A stretch of DNA of 64,000 nucleotides, from positions 32,001 through 96,000 of the forward strand of contig CAVXYC010000028.1 in assembly GCA_963765765.1 (NCBI GenBank), written 5' to 3'. The DNA comes from an uncultured Chloroflexia bacterium (GTDB lineage: Bacteria; Chloroflexota; UBA6077; JACCZL01). Positions 34,817 to 44,015 of this stretch are shown here, in pieces. Under the pieces are notes generated by a model. The model was given only the letters and a program-made list of their open reading frames with translations, was not told the DNA's origin and ran no database searches. Positions within the stretch are counted from its first letter, which is position 1. The number at the start of each line of letters is the position of its first letter. Position numbers and translations under genes: made by a program.

Positions 34817-35533
34817 ATGTACCGTCGCGCCCTCCCACCCGCGTTTCTTGTGGTCATTTCCTTGCTCTTTCTGGCGTGCCAGAATACGCCGCCGTCAGCT
34901 CCCACTGTGCAGGCTCCCCCCGCGGCGGCATCTCCGGTGCGTAGTCCTACGGCAGTGGCGCAGCCACCCGCGTCACCCACACAGCGGCCGATGGCATCAG
35001 GCGGCGGCACGGGACGCGATCTAGGATCTCCCGTAGCGGTCAGTGGGGGGGCCGCGGCCACAGTCGCCATTCCAAAGCCAGCCATTACGCTCGTCCCCCG
35101 CGAGCCCCCGCCGCCCTTTGTGGCGCCCGCCGATACGCCCTCTGCAGGGAATGCAAATCCAATTGGACCGTACCTCACGCCCCTTCCGAAGCCCGGTGGG
35201 CAGGGTGGCGCAGCTGGCGGAGCAGCCACTGGCGGCGCCGCAGGTGGCGCAGCGGGCGGCGCGGGTGCAACGGGCGGTGCCGGCGCAGCTGGTGGTGCCG
35301 GCGGTGCGGGCGCAGCTGGCGGAGCAGCAGCTGGTGGCGCGGGTGGAGCAGCAGGCGGTGGCGCAGGCGGAGCAGCAGCTGGCGCCGGAGCGGGTGGCGC
35401 GGGCGGAAACATCTCCGTGGCAACGGTTGGACCTGCCACACAGCTTCAACCGTTACCTGATGTCCCGTTCCCACCCACACCAACAGTGCTGCGCATAGAT
35501 CCCAACGCTGGAAACGCTGCTACAAAACGTTAG
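34817..35533 (+). CDS. Pro/Gly/Ala-rich low-complexity lipoprotein
   Basis: FLAC lipobox; ~70-aa GGAAG repeat flanked by Pro-rich segments. Confidence 0.7.
   Translation: MYRRALPPAFLVVISLLFLACQNTPPSAPTVQAPPAAASPVRSPTAVAQPPASPTQRPMASGGGTGRDLGSPVAVSGGAAATVAIPKPAITLVPREPPPPFVAPADTPSAGNANPIGPYLTPLPKPGGQGGAAGGAATGGAAGGAAGGAGATGGAGAAGGAGGAGAAGGAAAGGAGGAAGGGAGGAAAGAGAGGAGGNISVATVGPATQLQPLPDVPFPPTPTVLRIDPNAGNAATKR
35195..35408 (+). repeat. Coding low-complexity (GGA/GGAA)n repeat
   Basis: Degenerate GGCGGCGCAGCT-type units with third-position variation. Confidence 0.8.
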
Positions 35534-35569
35534 CGACTCGGCGGCACCACAATCACCGCGGCGCTCGAT

Positions 35570-35992
35570 TTAAAGGAAGGGGTTGTAGCCGTCCCGCACA
35601 GCTACTGAAACTGCCACCGTGGACGGGCACTCAGCCCCGTGCTCCGCGCAACCGGTGGAGACCGTGAGCTGGTGGAAAACTGAGCGCGTCATCGGCGTCC
35701 AACGCCGATACTCAACAACCGTAGCGTCAGAACTTGGTCGCGGCACAAACGAGTAGCGTGAGCGCGGTGGATAGATGATCCAGCTCGCAGTGTGCTTCTC
35801 GTCAAAGTAGATGCACTCGTTGTCGGTACGTCGAGCAACCTGAAGATCCTCCATAAGCGGCCGATACTGCGGATGATCGGCCACAGTGACGTCCGGCGCC
35901 TTGGGATCGCGCGACTTGCGCAGAACATCCGGTCCCAGGACCAGCGGTTGTTCGGTCTCCGACGCGGAGCTCGGTCGTTCCGACTTCATCAT
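35570..35992 (-). CDS. Hypothetical protein
   Basis: Translationally coupled (ATGA overlap) to the MBL gene; C-terminal CAEHGAEC. Confidence 0.7.
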   Translation of the reverse strand: MMKSERPSSASETEQPLVLGPDVLRKSRDPKAPDVTVADHPQYRPLMEDLQVARRTDNECIYFDEKHTASWIIYPPRSRYSFVPRPSSDATVVEYRRWTPMTRSVFHQLTVSTGCAEHGAECPSTVAVSVAVRDGYNPFL

Positions 35993-37005
35993 GCAGACCC
36001 GCCGTAAACTATTCTGCCTGCGAGTGCCTGCCGATTGATAACACCTCGGCCTCGGAGCACCTCCAGATGCGCGAGCGTTTCCCCCAGCGCTAATCGACGA
36101 TGGTGCGGGCTGAGTCTATCCAGAGTGATGTCGCGGCGTGTCCAACGAACGCGATTTGCGATCTCAAAGGCGGTTGCCGGCTCCCTGAGCTCCCGTGCGC
36201 CTATCGCCAACTGGATTTCGTGCAGACGATGCTCGTGGTGTTCGAGTAGCTCGTCGATCCGACTCGTCACGTTGGATGATGCCGAACCATGTCCTGGGAG
36301 CATCGTGGCGGCGGGGAGCTCCCGCACCAGCTTCAACGAATCAATAAAGTCAGCGAGAGGGCTGCCCATCCCATTCGATTGGAGCGAAACATTCGGACTG
36401 ATACTGGGCAGCAAGTGGTCGCCAGTGAACAGCAGACCATTCACCTCTTCAAAGAAGCATAAATGGCCGGGGGTGTGCCCAGGAGTCCACACCGCGCGCA
36501 GTCGGTGGCGTCCGTTCTCGAAAACCTCATCTCCGACAAGCTCGAAATCCGGTTTGGGCGCCTTAAACCTCTGCAGTACAGCCTGGACGCTCGGCGAACG
36601 GGGGAATTGCTCACTGGTGGGCCAGCCATTCATACGATCCCAGGCGAACATCTGCTGCTCCCACTCCTCAAACCTCAGGAAGCGCGGCTGCATGAATTGA
36701 GACTCGAGGAGATGGTAGGCGAGCTTCGCATGACCGCGCTCCTGAGTAAGCCCGATGAGGCCGAAGTGATCAGGATGCAGATGCGTGACCAGCACCAGAT
36801 CGATCACGGACCAATTTGCTCCGCGCGTTGCGAGATGATCCTCGAGCAACCGCAATGCTTCGTTAGCGTCCCACCCCGTGTCCACGAGAATCCAGCCATC
36901 CGGGCCATCAAGCACGTAGGCATTCACAGTCATGCGAGGCTCGTTTGGGAATGGTGAGGTGAGGGCGACGATCCCGGGTGCAACTTCAACTGTCATGGCA
37001 CTCAA
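35989..37005 (-). CDS. MBL-fold metallo-hydrolase with C-terminal winged helix
   Basis: THLHPDH, TPGHTPGH, FTGDH, PGHG. Confidence 0.92.
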   Translation of the reverse strand: MSAMTVEVAPGIVALTSPFPNEPRMTVNAYVLDGPDGWILVDTGWDANEALRLLEDHLATRGANWSVIDLVLVTHLHPDHFGLIGLTQERGHAKLAYHLLESQFMQPRFLRFEEWEQQMFAWDRMNGWPTSEQFPRSPSVQAVLQRFKAPKPDFELVGDEVFENGRHRLRAVWTPGHTPGHLCFFEEVNGLLFTGDHLLPSISPNVSLQSNGMGSPLADFIDSLKLVRELPAATMLPGHGSASSNVTSRIDELLEHHEHRLHEIQLAIGARELREPATAFEIANRVRWTRRDITLDRLSPHHRRLALGETLAHLEVLRGRGVINRQALAGRIVYGGSA

Positions 37006-37168
37006 TGGTAGCGGACCCGGAGAATCCCGAACGGTTCGACTCGCGACTACGAGACGATTGCTAGCTGCACACGCCCATTGCGGCAGACTTGCGATGCCTA
37101 ATTGCTAATTCGCCTCGGCACAGATCCTGCACCGCCACACGGGCTGGCGCTGAAAGGCGCCTGTGAGT

Positions 37169-37204
37169 TACAAAGCGCCAGGGATGGATACAAAGCGCCA
37201 GGGA
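37169..37204. repeat. 16-bp direct repeat TACAAAGCGCCAGGGA x2, 20-bp period
   Basis: Exact copies at 37169-37184 and 37189-37204 just upstream of the response regulator. Confidence 0.8.
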
Positions 37205-37214
37205 ACTTGTACAT

Positions 37215-37592
37215 ATGTCGACCGTGCTCATTGTCGAAGACGATCAGGAGATCCGCGAGCTCATTGGTGATGTGCTAATGCTCGAGGGATTTACCGTTCA
37301 TTCGATGGCGCGGTTGCCGCATGGCTTGGACCGCATCCGAAACATCGAGCCGGACGTTATTGTGCTCGATCTCGGCCTGCCAGGCATCGGTGGCATCGAG
37401 CTCATGAGGATCATCAAAGAGGATCCGAAACTGGGCTCGATCCCAATCGTTATCTGTAGCGGTGCCGTCGACACCATTCAAGCTCACCGCCAGGAGTTCG
37501 AGGATTTCGGAATACCGGTAGTCCGAAAACCGTTTCACCTCGAGCAGCTTTTGGAAGCGGTGAGAAACCCCGTTCGCACAGCAAGCGACTGA
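37215..37592 (+). CDS. Single-domain response regulator (receiver)
   Basis: IVEDD, VLDLGLP, RKPF. Confidence 0.92.
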   Translation: MSTVLIVEDDQEIRELIGDVLMLEGFTVHSMARLPHGLDRIRNIEPDVIVLDLGLPGIGGIELMRIIKEDPKLGSIPIVICSGAVDTIQAHRQEFEDFGIPVVRKPFHLEQLLEAVRNPVRTASD

Positions 37593-37647
37593 ATCGGTTC
37601 TGATAATGCCCAACTCCGGCACACCTCTGGTGGCGTGCGCGACAGGA

Positions 37648-38949
37648 ATGTCGCGTACCCTTTTCTGGCGCGCCTTTCTCTCCTTCATTACTGTAATCGC
37701 GGTCACGCTTATGAGCGGGCCCCCGGCGAGTGGACTGGCCGCGGAAGATTCATTTCCTTACTGGGTTAAAACGATTCGAGAAGCACGTCTGTGGGACGGT
37801 GCCGACGCAAAAGCCAAGTCTCGCGTCTCGATTCCCGCGGAATCTTACTTTGCGGTTACAGGCCCTGTTAGCAAGGGTAGACTGCCCGTTGTGGAGCTCA
37901 CAACTCAGCGAAACGGCTTCTTGAATGCGGACGACGTGGAGCGTGGAGCCCCACCGCCTGAACCAGCGAGCGTTGTCGCACCGACCACTGCGTCGCCAGA
38001 TCTGTCGTCGCCTCCGGCTCCCTCGGCGTCACCTGTCGCATCTCCAGTCCCCGCGACATCCGGATCGGCTCCCGCGTCTGCGTCATCTGCGCCACTCTGG
38101 GTATCAAACCATTCGCCCGCGCCACTATGGACCGGTAGCGGCGACAAGGCATTGCCGCTAGGCGTCGCCGAGCCCGGTCACTGGTTCAAGGTTGTGGAGC
38201 CTCAGCGCGGCCCGCGACTACGGGTCGTGGAGCGCTTGGCTGACAAAGAGATGTACGTTGATGCGTCAGCCGTCGGCCCGGTCGGGGAGCCCAGCGGGCC
38301 CTCGGTACTGGGCAAATGGTGGGGCAAAGTTGGACTTGACGGAATAAACGTCCGCTCCGCGCCAGATACACGGAGCACTGTAATCGGTCAGCTCACGGCC
38401 GGCACTCCGGTAGCTGTCGATGCCTGGGTTGAAGGAACAGACGTCTTTGGCGATCAGCCAGGTTGGGCTAAGCTCGGAAATGACGCCTACATTTATGGGC
38501 CACTGCTTCGTCGAATCGACCTGGGGGCGCCGCCTCCGCCGGCCAAGGCGCCCACACAGGGCAAATGGATCGACGTGAACATCACCCTTCAAGTTATGAC
38601 GGCGTATGAAGGTACGGTACCGGTGTACTGGACCGTGACGTCGGGGGGACGTCCTGGATGGGAGACCGCGGTCGGGAATCATCGAATCCTCTATCGAAGA
38701 GAAGTGGAAACTATGGAAAGCAATCGATTGCTTTCCGTTGATGCGGCGCGCGCGAGCTATCGGGTGGAAAATGTGAAATACACGCAGTACTTCACGAACG
38801 ACGGACAGGCAATTCACGAGAATTACTGGCGTGATCCGGAGCTTTTTGGGATACCCTCCAGTCACGGATGCCTGGGCCTCGCACTGGATGACGCGAAATG
38901 GTTTTGGGATTGGGGTCAGAACGGAATACCAGTAATCGTGCACGTCTGA
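37648..38949 (+). CDS. L,D-transpeptidase with SH3-like domains
   Basis: Signal peptide, INVRSAP SH3b motif, AIHENYW...SHGC YkuD motif. Confidence 0.92.
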   Translation: MSRTLFWRAFLSFITVIAVTLMSGPPASGLAAEDSFPYWVKTIREARLWDGADAKAKSRVSIPAESYFAVTGPVSKGRLPVVELTTQRNGFLNADDVERGAPPPEPASVVAPTTASPDLSSPPAPSASPVASPVPATSGSAPASASSAPLWVSNHSPAPLWTGSGDKALPLGVAEPGHWFKVVEPQRGPRLRVVERLADKEMYVDASAVGPVGEPSGPSVLGKWWGKVGLDGINVRSAPDTRSTVIGQLTAGTPVAVDAWVEGTDVFGDQPGWAKLGNDAYIYGPLLRRIDLGAPPPPAKAPTQGKWIDVNITLQVMTAYEGTVPVYWTVTSGGRPGWETAVGNHRILYRREVETMESNRLLSVDAARASYRVENVKYTQYFTNDGQAIHENYWRDPELFGIPSSHGCLGLALDDAKWFWDWGQNGIPVIVHV

Positions 38950-39032
38950 TCGATGTCGTGGCATAAAATCCTTTGCATAAAGTTGATCCGGCCTTAATAT
39001 TGTTCTCGTAGTATCTTCACGGGAGCGAGCGC

Positions 39033-39731
39033 ATGCCAAAGAGACGTGTGTTGGTCGTGGACGACGACGAGAACATCGTCAGACTCGTTACGATGTATCT
39101 CGAGAAGGATGGGTACCGGGTCGACGCCACATTCGACGGTCGGGATGCGCTAACTCAGTTCCGTCGCACCAAGCCCGACATCGTCGTTCTTGACCTCATG
39201 CTTCCGGAGATTGACGGACTCAGCGTATGTCGCACAATTCGCGAGCAGTCGGACGTGCCAATCATCATGCTCACCGCTCGCACCACGGAAGGCGATAAGC
39301 TCATAGGCTTGGATCAGGGCGCGGATGACTACGTCACGAAGCCGTTTAGTCCCCGTGAGCTACTGGCGAGGATTCGGGCTGTACTACGCAGAGTTCCCGG
39401 TGAAGAGTCGCCCGGCCCAGTAGAGCTTCGACACGGCGATCTTGTGCTCAACCTGCGGGAACACGTCGCATACGTTCGAGGCGACCAAATCCCGCTGACA
39501 CCAACCGAATTTAGTCTTCTTCAGTCCATGCTGCAATCGCCGGGTCAGGCATTCACTCGCGGTCAACTCATCGAAAGCGCCTTCGGGCACGACTTCGATG
39601 GATTCGAGCGCAACGTCGACGTCCACATCAACAGTCTTCGGAAGAAAATAGAGCCGCTCCCCGGGGAGCCAAGCTACATCAAAACCGTCTACGGTGTCGG
39701 TTACAAGCTTGATGCCCGGGTCCATGCATAA
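39033..39731 (+). CDS. OmpR/PhoB-family response regulator
   Basis: Receiver plus winged helix (LTPTEF, VDVHI, IKTVYGVGY). Confidence 0.96.
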   Translation: MPKRRVLVVDDDENIVRLVTMYLEKDGYRVDATFDGRDALTQFRRTKPDIVVLDLMLPEIDGLSVCRTIREQSDVPIIMLTARTTEGDKLIGLDQGADDYVTKPFSPRELLARIRAVLRRVPGEESPGPVELRHGDLVLNLREHVAYVRGDQIPLTPTEFSLLQSMLQSPGQAFTRGQLIESAFGHDFDGFERNVDVHINSLRKKIEPLPGEPSYIKTVYGVGYKLDARVHA

Positions 39732-42700
39732 GCAGCTCTGGTTCCGACTACTCCTTGGCTCGTCGTTCATTCTCAGTGTTGCCCTGGCCACCGCGGGGCT
39801 GGTGCTCCATCAATCGACGACATCAAGTTTTGAGGATTATGTCGAGGACGTATCGGCTGCGCGGTCGCAGCGAATTGAAGCACTGCTGAGTCGCTACTAC
39901 AGTCGTCGTCAAGATTGGAACGGAGTCGATCCTCTCGTTGCACAGATTGCGGACCTCGTGGGTCAGCCGGTGGTCCTCGCCGACTCGCGCGACGTCATCA
40001 TCGTCGACAGTCAAAGTCAGCTAAATGGCCAGCGCGTTCGCGAAAACTGGCGCCATCAGGTAGTCCCTATCCGCTCGGGGGACGTCGCGGTCGGCACTCT
40101 CTATATCGATCCTCTGCACGCACCCAGCAAGCTTGGTGCCCGCGGCGACGCGTTCGTCTCCGAGCTAAGCGCATCACTCCTCTCCGCCCTTGGAGTTGGC
40201 CTTCTCGCCGCACTGGCGGTCAGCCTTTTAGTTGCGCGCCATCTTGCTCTTCCACTGGAAACACTTACCGGCGCGGTTCGGCGCCTCGAAGCGGGCGAGC
40301 GCAGCTCACACATGGATGCGAGCATGGGAGGTGAAGTCGGAGCCCTCGCTGTCGCGTTCAATTCACTCGTCGATTCACTTGGGCGCGTTGAGCGATTACG
40401 CTCCAACATGGTTAACGATATCGCGCACGAGCTTCGAACGCCGCTCACCACGATCCGTGGCTACGTCGAGGCTTTCCAGGATGGAGTCGCGGAGCCCACA
40501 CCGGAGATCCTTGATCTCCTCTTCGGCGAGCTCATGCAGCTCACGCGTCTCATCGATGACCTACGTGATATTGCGCTTGCAGAAGCGGGTCAGCTCCATC
40601 TTTCACCAGAACTCACATCTGTCGAGGCGCTCATCAGACACGACGTTCGCGCTGTCGCAGTGGCTGCGGCAGAACAAGAGCTGAGGGTTAGCACAAGCAT
40701 TCCTTCAGATATTCCAAGCATCTGGGTAGACGCAGGGAGATTCAGCCAGGCGCTTCGCAATCTTCTCAATAACGCGGTTGCTCATACACCTCGCGGCGGA
40801 CATGTCTCAGTGATCGCGGAGCACGACGGCAATGACGTAGTGATTCATGTCCAAGATACGGGGCCCGGCATTCCGGCTGAGGATCTCCCACACGTGTTCG
40901 AGCGTTTCTATCGAGGCGATCGATCCCGCTCCAGGCGTGCTGGCGGGAACGGACTAGGACTGACTATCACGCGTGAGCTTGTCTCAGCCCACCATGGCAC
41001 GCTGAGTGTCGCGAGTGAGCCCGGAAAAGGGGCTCGCTTCACTATCCGCCTGCCCATTCGACCACCCGTGACGGTAGAGCCTGCATCCGTCGATGCGCCT
41101 GTCGGAGCGCGCGTCGCGACTGGTTGGCGGCGTGCTACGAACACCGCGCGCTTGGTGTTCTACGCACTCATGTGCGGGGGACTTGCGGGCATGGTGGGTG
41201 GCATGGCTGAATCCCTGCTCGTCGCGATCGCGACGCGTCGGCCCTTGGACACCCTGGGATTGGCGTCTTACGCAATAGTCATCGATGCGATAGTAATTGG
41301 CGGTGTCTGCGCAATGCTGGCGCTCATCTATGGGCTCGTCGCGAGCGGCTTGGGCCACGTGCCACGATTTCGCGATCTCGCACCCGTTATTGGCGCCACC
41401 GGGATTCTCGCCGTTGGTTCCGTCCTTGCGCTTAAGTGGACCCAGCTTACTGCTCGTGATGCGACAATTCCAAATGCGATCACCGGGCAACTTCTCATCG
41501 TGGTCGGAACACTTCTGGTAGCCGTTGTAACGTTCGCCGCACTCTCGACATCTGCACGTTGGCCTCATCGGCCAGTGCTAGTGACTCGACGAGCGGTCCC
41601 TGCTCTCGCAATGACGATCGGATTGATAGCCCTGTTCGGGATCATGCGTGATCTCGCCGATCGGGGTTTCGAGACCCCAATGGCTGTCATGCAAGTGCTT
41701 CGCGACGCCACAACTCGTGAAAGCACTACAGACACAGGCACGGGTGCCACTGCCGCGGTGGCGAGCAACCTGCAGGCGGGTGTGCGCCCCAACGTACTAC
41801 TTGTGAGCGTGGACGCCCTTCGCGCCGATCACCTCGGTGCATATGGCTATAGCGCCGGCAAAACACCAGCGATGGACAGCCTCGCTCGCGAAGGCTGGAT
41901 GAGCGAGCTTGCCATCACTCCGCGTGCCGGCAGCTCCGCCTCTCACGCATCAATCATGACCGGCACCAGCCCGGAAAGGCACGGCATCAGGTCAGACTTG
42001 CTCGACACGCTCGCTCATGACGTTCCGACGCTCGCCGAGATCATGCACGCAAACGGCTATACAACCACCGGGCTCTATAGCTGGTTCAACTTTGAGCCGT
42101 CATACTCCGGGCTTGACCGCGGCTTCCAAACCTATGAGGACTACACGATCAACCTACCTCGGTACCTCGCCGACTCTCGAACTCAAGCGCTGGCGGCCAC
42201 TTACCGGCGACTGAAATCATATCTTGCCCTGCCAGGTGCTGCCGATTTCGACCTCTCGCAACTGGACGGAAGCGAGGGCAATTTGGACGGCAAAGCTGAC
42301 ATTACAGCCTCGGCGGCAGCCCGATGGCTCGAGCGCAGGCGCACCGATCCGTTTTTCCTGTGGGTGCATTTCAGAGATCCGCAATCACCGTATTCGGCGC
42401 CTCTTTCATCAGCTGAAGGAACAGATTGCGCTGACTGCCATGAGCGTTCGCTGGAGGTCTTGCAGCGAATTCGTGAAGGCGCGATAGACCTTTCGGCGCC
42501 CGAGATTAATCGCGTCGTCGGCTCTTATGACGATGAAGTGAGCTTCGTTGACAGGCAGCTCAACGTGATTTTGCAACAGCTCACGCAGCTTGGTTTAGAC
42601 TCGAGTACGGTGGTCATCGTTGTGGGGTCCTACGGTCAAAGCTTTGGCGATCACGGCGCCTGGCTGGAAGGATCAACCGTCTACAATTCAGAGATTCATG

Positions 42701-43101
42701 TGCCGCTCTTGATCCGTTACCCCGCGGTTCTAGCGCCGAATCGAATAGTCCCTGAGCCGTCCAGTGTCATGGACGTAGCTCCAACGATTCTGCATCTAAC
42801 AGGGATTCCCGTTCCATCAACGATGGAAGGTCTGAGCCTGGTATCTGCGATTGACCGCTCAAAGTACGCCGACAGAATCGTTACTTCCGAGAGCCCGTAT
42901 ACAGGCTCGAGGGCGCTCATCACCGGAGGTTGGAAGCTGATTCGGGCCGCGGATGGTCAGGTCGAGCTGTACGAAGTATCAGCCGATCCAGACGAGCTAT
43001 TCGATCGTTCCGAATCGGAGCCCGAACTTGTTCGGCATCTCGTGGAGATGCTGGATCGAGGCATCGACCAACAAGCTCACGTGACGCCGTTCGGCGTCTA
43101 G
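39724..43101 (+). CDS. Sensor histidine kinase (HAMP-HisKA-HATPase) fused to 5-TM region and sulfatase-like domain
   Basis: AHELRTPL, NLLNNA, DTGPGI, GNGLGL; then PNVLLVSVDALRADHLG, SHASIMTG, FFLWVHF, ELYEVSADPDE in one uninterrupted frame. Confidence 0.88.
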   Translation: MHKQLWFRLLLGSSFILSVALATAGLVLHQSTTSSFEDYVEDVSAARSQRIEALLSRYYSRRQDWNGVDPLVAQIADLVGQPVVLADSRDVIIVDSQSQLNGQRVRENWRHQVVPIRSGDVAVGTLYIDPLHAPSKLGARGDAFVSELSASLLSALGVGLLAALAVSLLVARHLALPLETLTGAVRRLEAGERSSHMDASMGGEVGALAVAFNSLVDSLGRVERLRSNMVNDIAHELRTPLTTIRGYVEAFQDGVAEPTPEILDLLFGELMQLTRLIDDLRDIALAEAGQLHLSPELTSVEALIRHDVRAVAVAAAEQELRVSTSIPSDIPSIWVDAGRFSQALRNLLNNAVAHTPRGGHVSVIAEHDGNDVVIHVQDTGPGIPAEDLPHVFERFYRGDRSRSRRAGGNGLGLTITRELVSAHHGTLSVASEPGKGARFTIRLPIRPPVTVEPASVDAPVGARVATGWRRATNTARLVFYALMCGGLAGMVGGMAESLLVAIATRRPLDTLGLASYAIVIDAIVIGGVCAMLALIYGLVASGLGHVPRFRDLAPVIGATGILAVGSVLALKWTQLTARDATIPNAITGQLLIVVGTLLVAVVTFAALSTSARWPHRPVLVTRRAVPALAMTIGLIALFGIMRDLADRGFETPMAVMQVLRDATTRESTTDTGTGATAAVASNLQAGVRPNVLLVSVDALRADHLGAYGYSAGKTPAMDSLAREGWMSELAITPRAGSSASHASIMTGTSPERHGIRSDLLDTLAHDVPTLAEIMHANGYTTTGLYSWFNFEPSYSGLDRGFQTYEDYTINLPRYLADSRTQALAATYRRLKSYLALPGAADFDLSQLDGSEGNLDGKADITASAAARWLERRRTDPFFLWVHFRDPQSPYSAPLSSAEGTDCADCHERSLEVLQRIREGAIDLSAPEINRVVGSYDDEVSFVDRQLNVILQQLTQLGLDSSTVVIVVGSYGQSFGDHGAWLEGSTVYNSEIHVPLLIRYPAVLAPNRIVPEPSSVMDVAPTILHLTGIPVPSTMEGLSLVSAIDRSKYADRIVTSESPYTGSRALITGGWKLIRAADGQVELYEVSADPDELFDRSESEPELVRHLVEMLDRGIDQQAHVTPFGV

Positions 43102-43877
43102 TGATTCCGAAAACGGGGCAGCCTTTTCTCGTGGAACGCGGCAATTCCCTCGTTCCTGTCATCGCTGTACAGGCAAGCGACGTACGCCTCCTCCTCTAGC
43201 GCCCAGCCAGTCCAGAGGTCCACGCCATGGCCGCGGTCCACCGCCCGCTTGATCTGTCGAGCCGAGATTGGCGAAACGCTTAGTATCTCCTGAGCGATCT
43301 CCCTTGCAGTTTGGTTCACCAGCTCGCTCGAGACAACTCGGTTCACCAGACCGATTCTGAGTGCCTCAGATGCATCAATCCGACGCCCCGTGAACATAAG
43401 CTCCTTGGCCATGGCTGGTCCAATGCGACGGGGGAGAAGCTGCGTTCCGCCCCCGCCCGGAAGAATGCCCACTTTCGCCTCTGGAAGAGCAAATTGCGCA
43501 CGCTCGCCGGCAATGATGAAATCACAGGCGAGTGCAAGCTCACATCCACCCCCCAGGGCGTATCCATCCACGACGGCGATCATTGGTCGTTCAACGGCCA
43601 CGAGAGCGCGGAACGCGCGCAGCATAGTGGGGCGCTGCGCGCGCCATTGATCCACGGACATGTGCTGGCGTTCTTTGAGATCAGCACCCACGCAGAATGC
43701 GCGGTCACCCGCGGCATTCAGAATAACCACCCAGGTCTCACCGTCCTCAGCGATCTGTTGACATGCTTGCACGATCTCCTCCGCCATCCGGGTGTTGATC
43801 GCATTCATCGCGTCGGGGCGGTTGAGGGTCAGGATCGCTAGGTGGTCGCGGGTCTCCAGCTGAATAGTATCCGTCAC
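43098..43877 (-). CDS. Enoyl-CoA hydratase/isomerase
   Basis: AFCVGADL, GGGCELA, LPEAKVG. Confidence 0.95.
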   Translation of the reverse strand: MTDTIQLETRDHLAILTLNRPDAMNAINTRMAEEIVQACQQIAEDGETWVVILNAAGDRAFCVGADLKERQHMSVDQWRAQRPTMLRAFRALVAVERPMIAVVDGYALGGGCELALACDFIIAGERAQFALPEAKVGILPGGGGTQLLPRRIGPAMAKELMFTGRRIDASEALRIGLVNRVVSSELVNQTAREIAQEILSVSPISARQIKRAVDRGHGVDLWTGWALEEEAYVACLYSDDRNEGIAAFHEKRLPRFRNH

Positions 43878-44015
43878 GGTTGCACTCCAATTGGGTAACG
43901 TGACCCACTGGGCTGGTCGGACGCTGTTACCCGTCTCGACTATGGATCAAAGAGGGGTCGCGATTGCGGGGTATATCGACGAGAAAAAAGCCGGCTCACG
44001 AGCTGAGCGCAGAGG

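Noticed and set aside
34807-35439. Pro/Ala-rich 210-aa ORF on the minus strand
   Set aside because: Antisense shadow of the Gly/Ala repeat; the + frame has a signal peptide and lipobox.
35989-37005. Metallo-beta-lactamase resistance gene
   Set aside because: Cytoplasmic MBL-fold/winged-helix hydrolase with no signal peptide.
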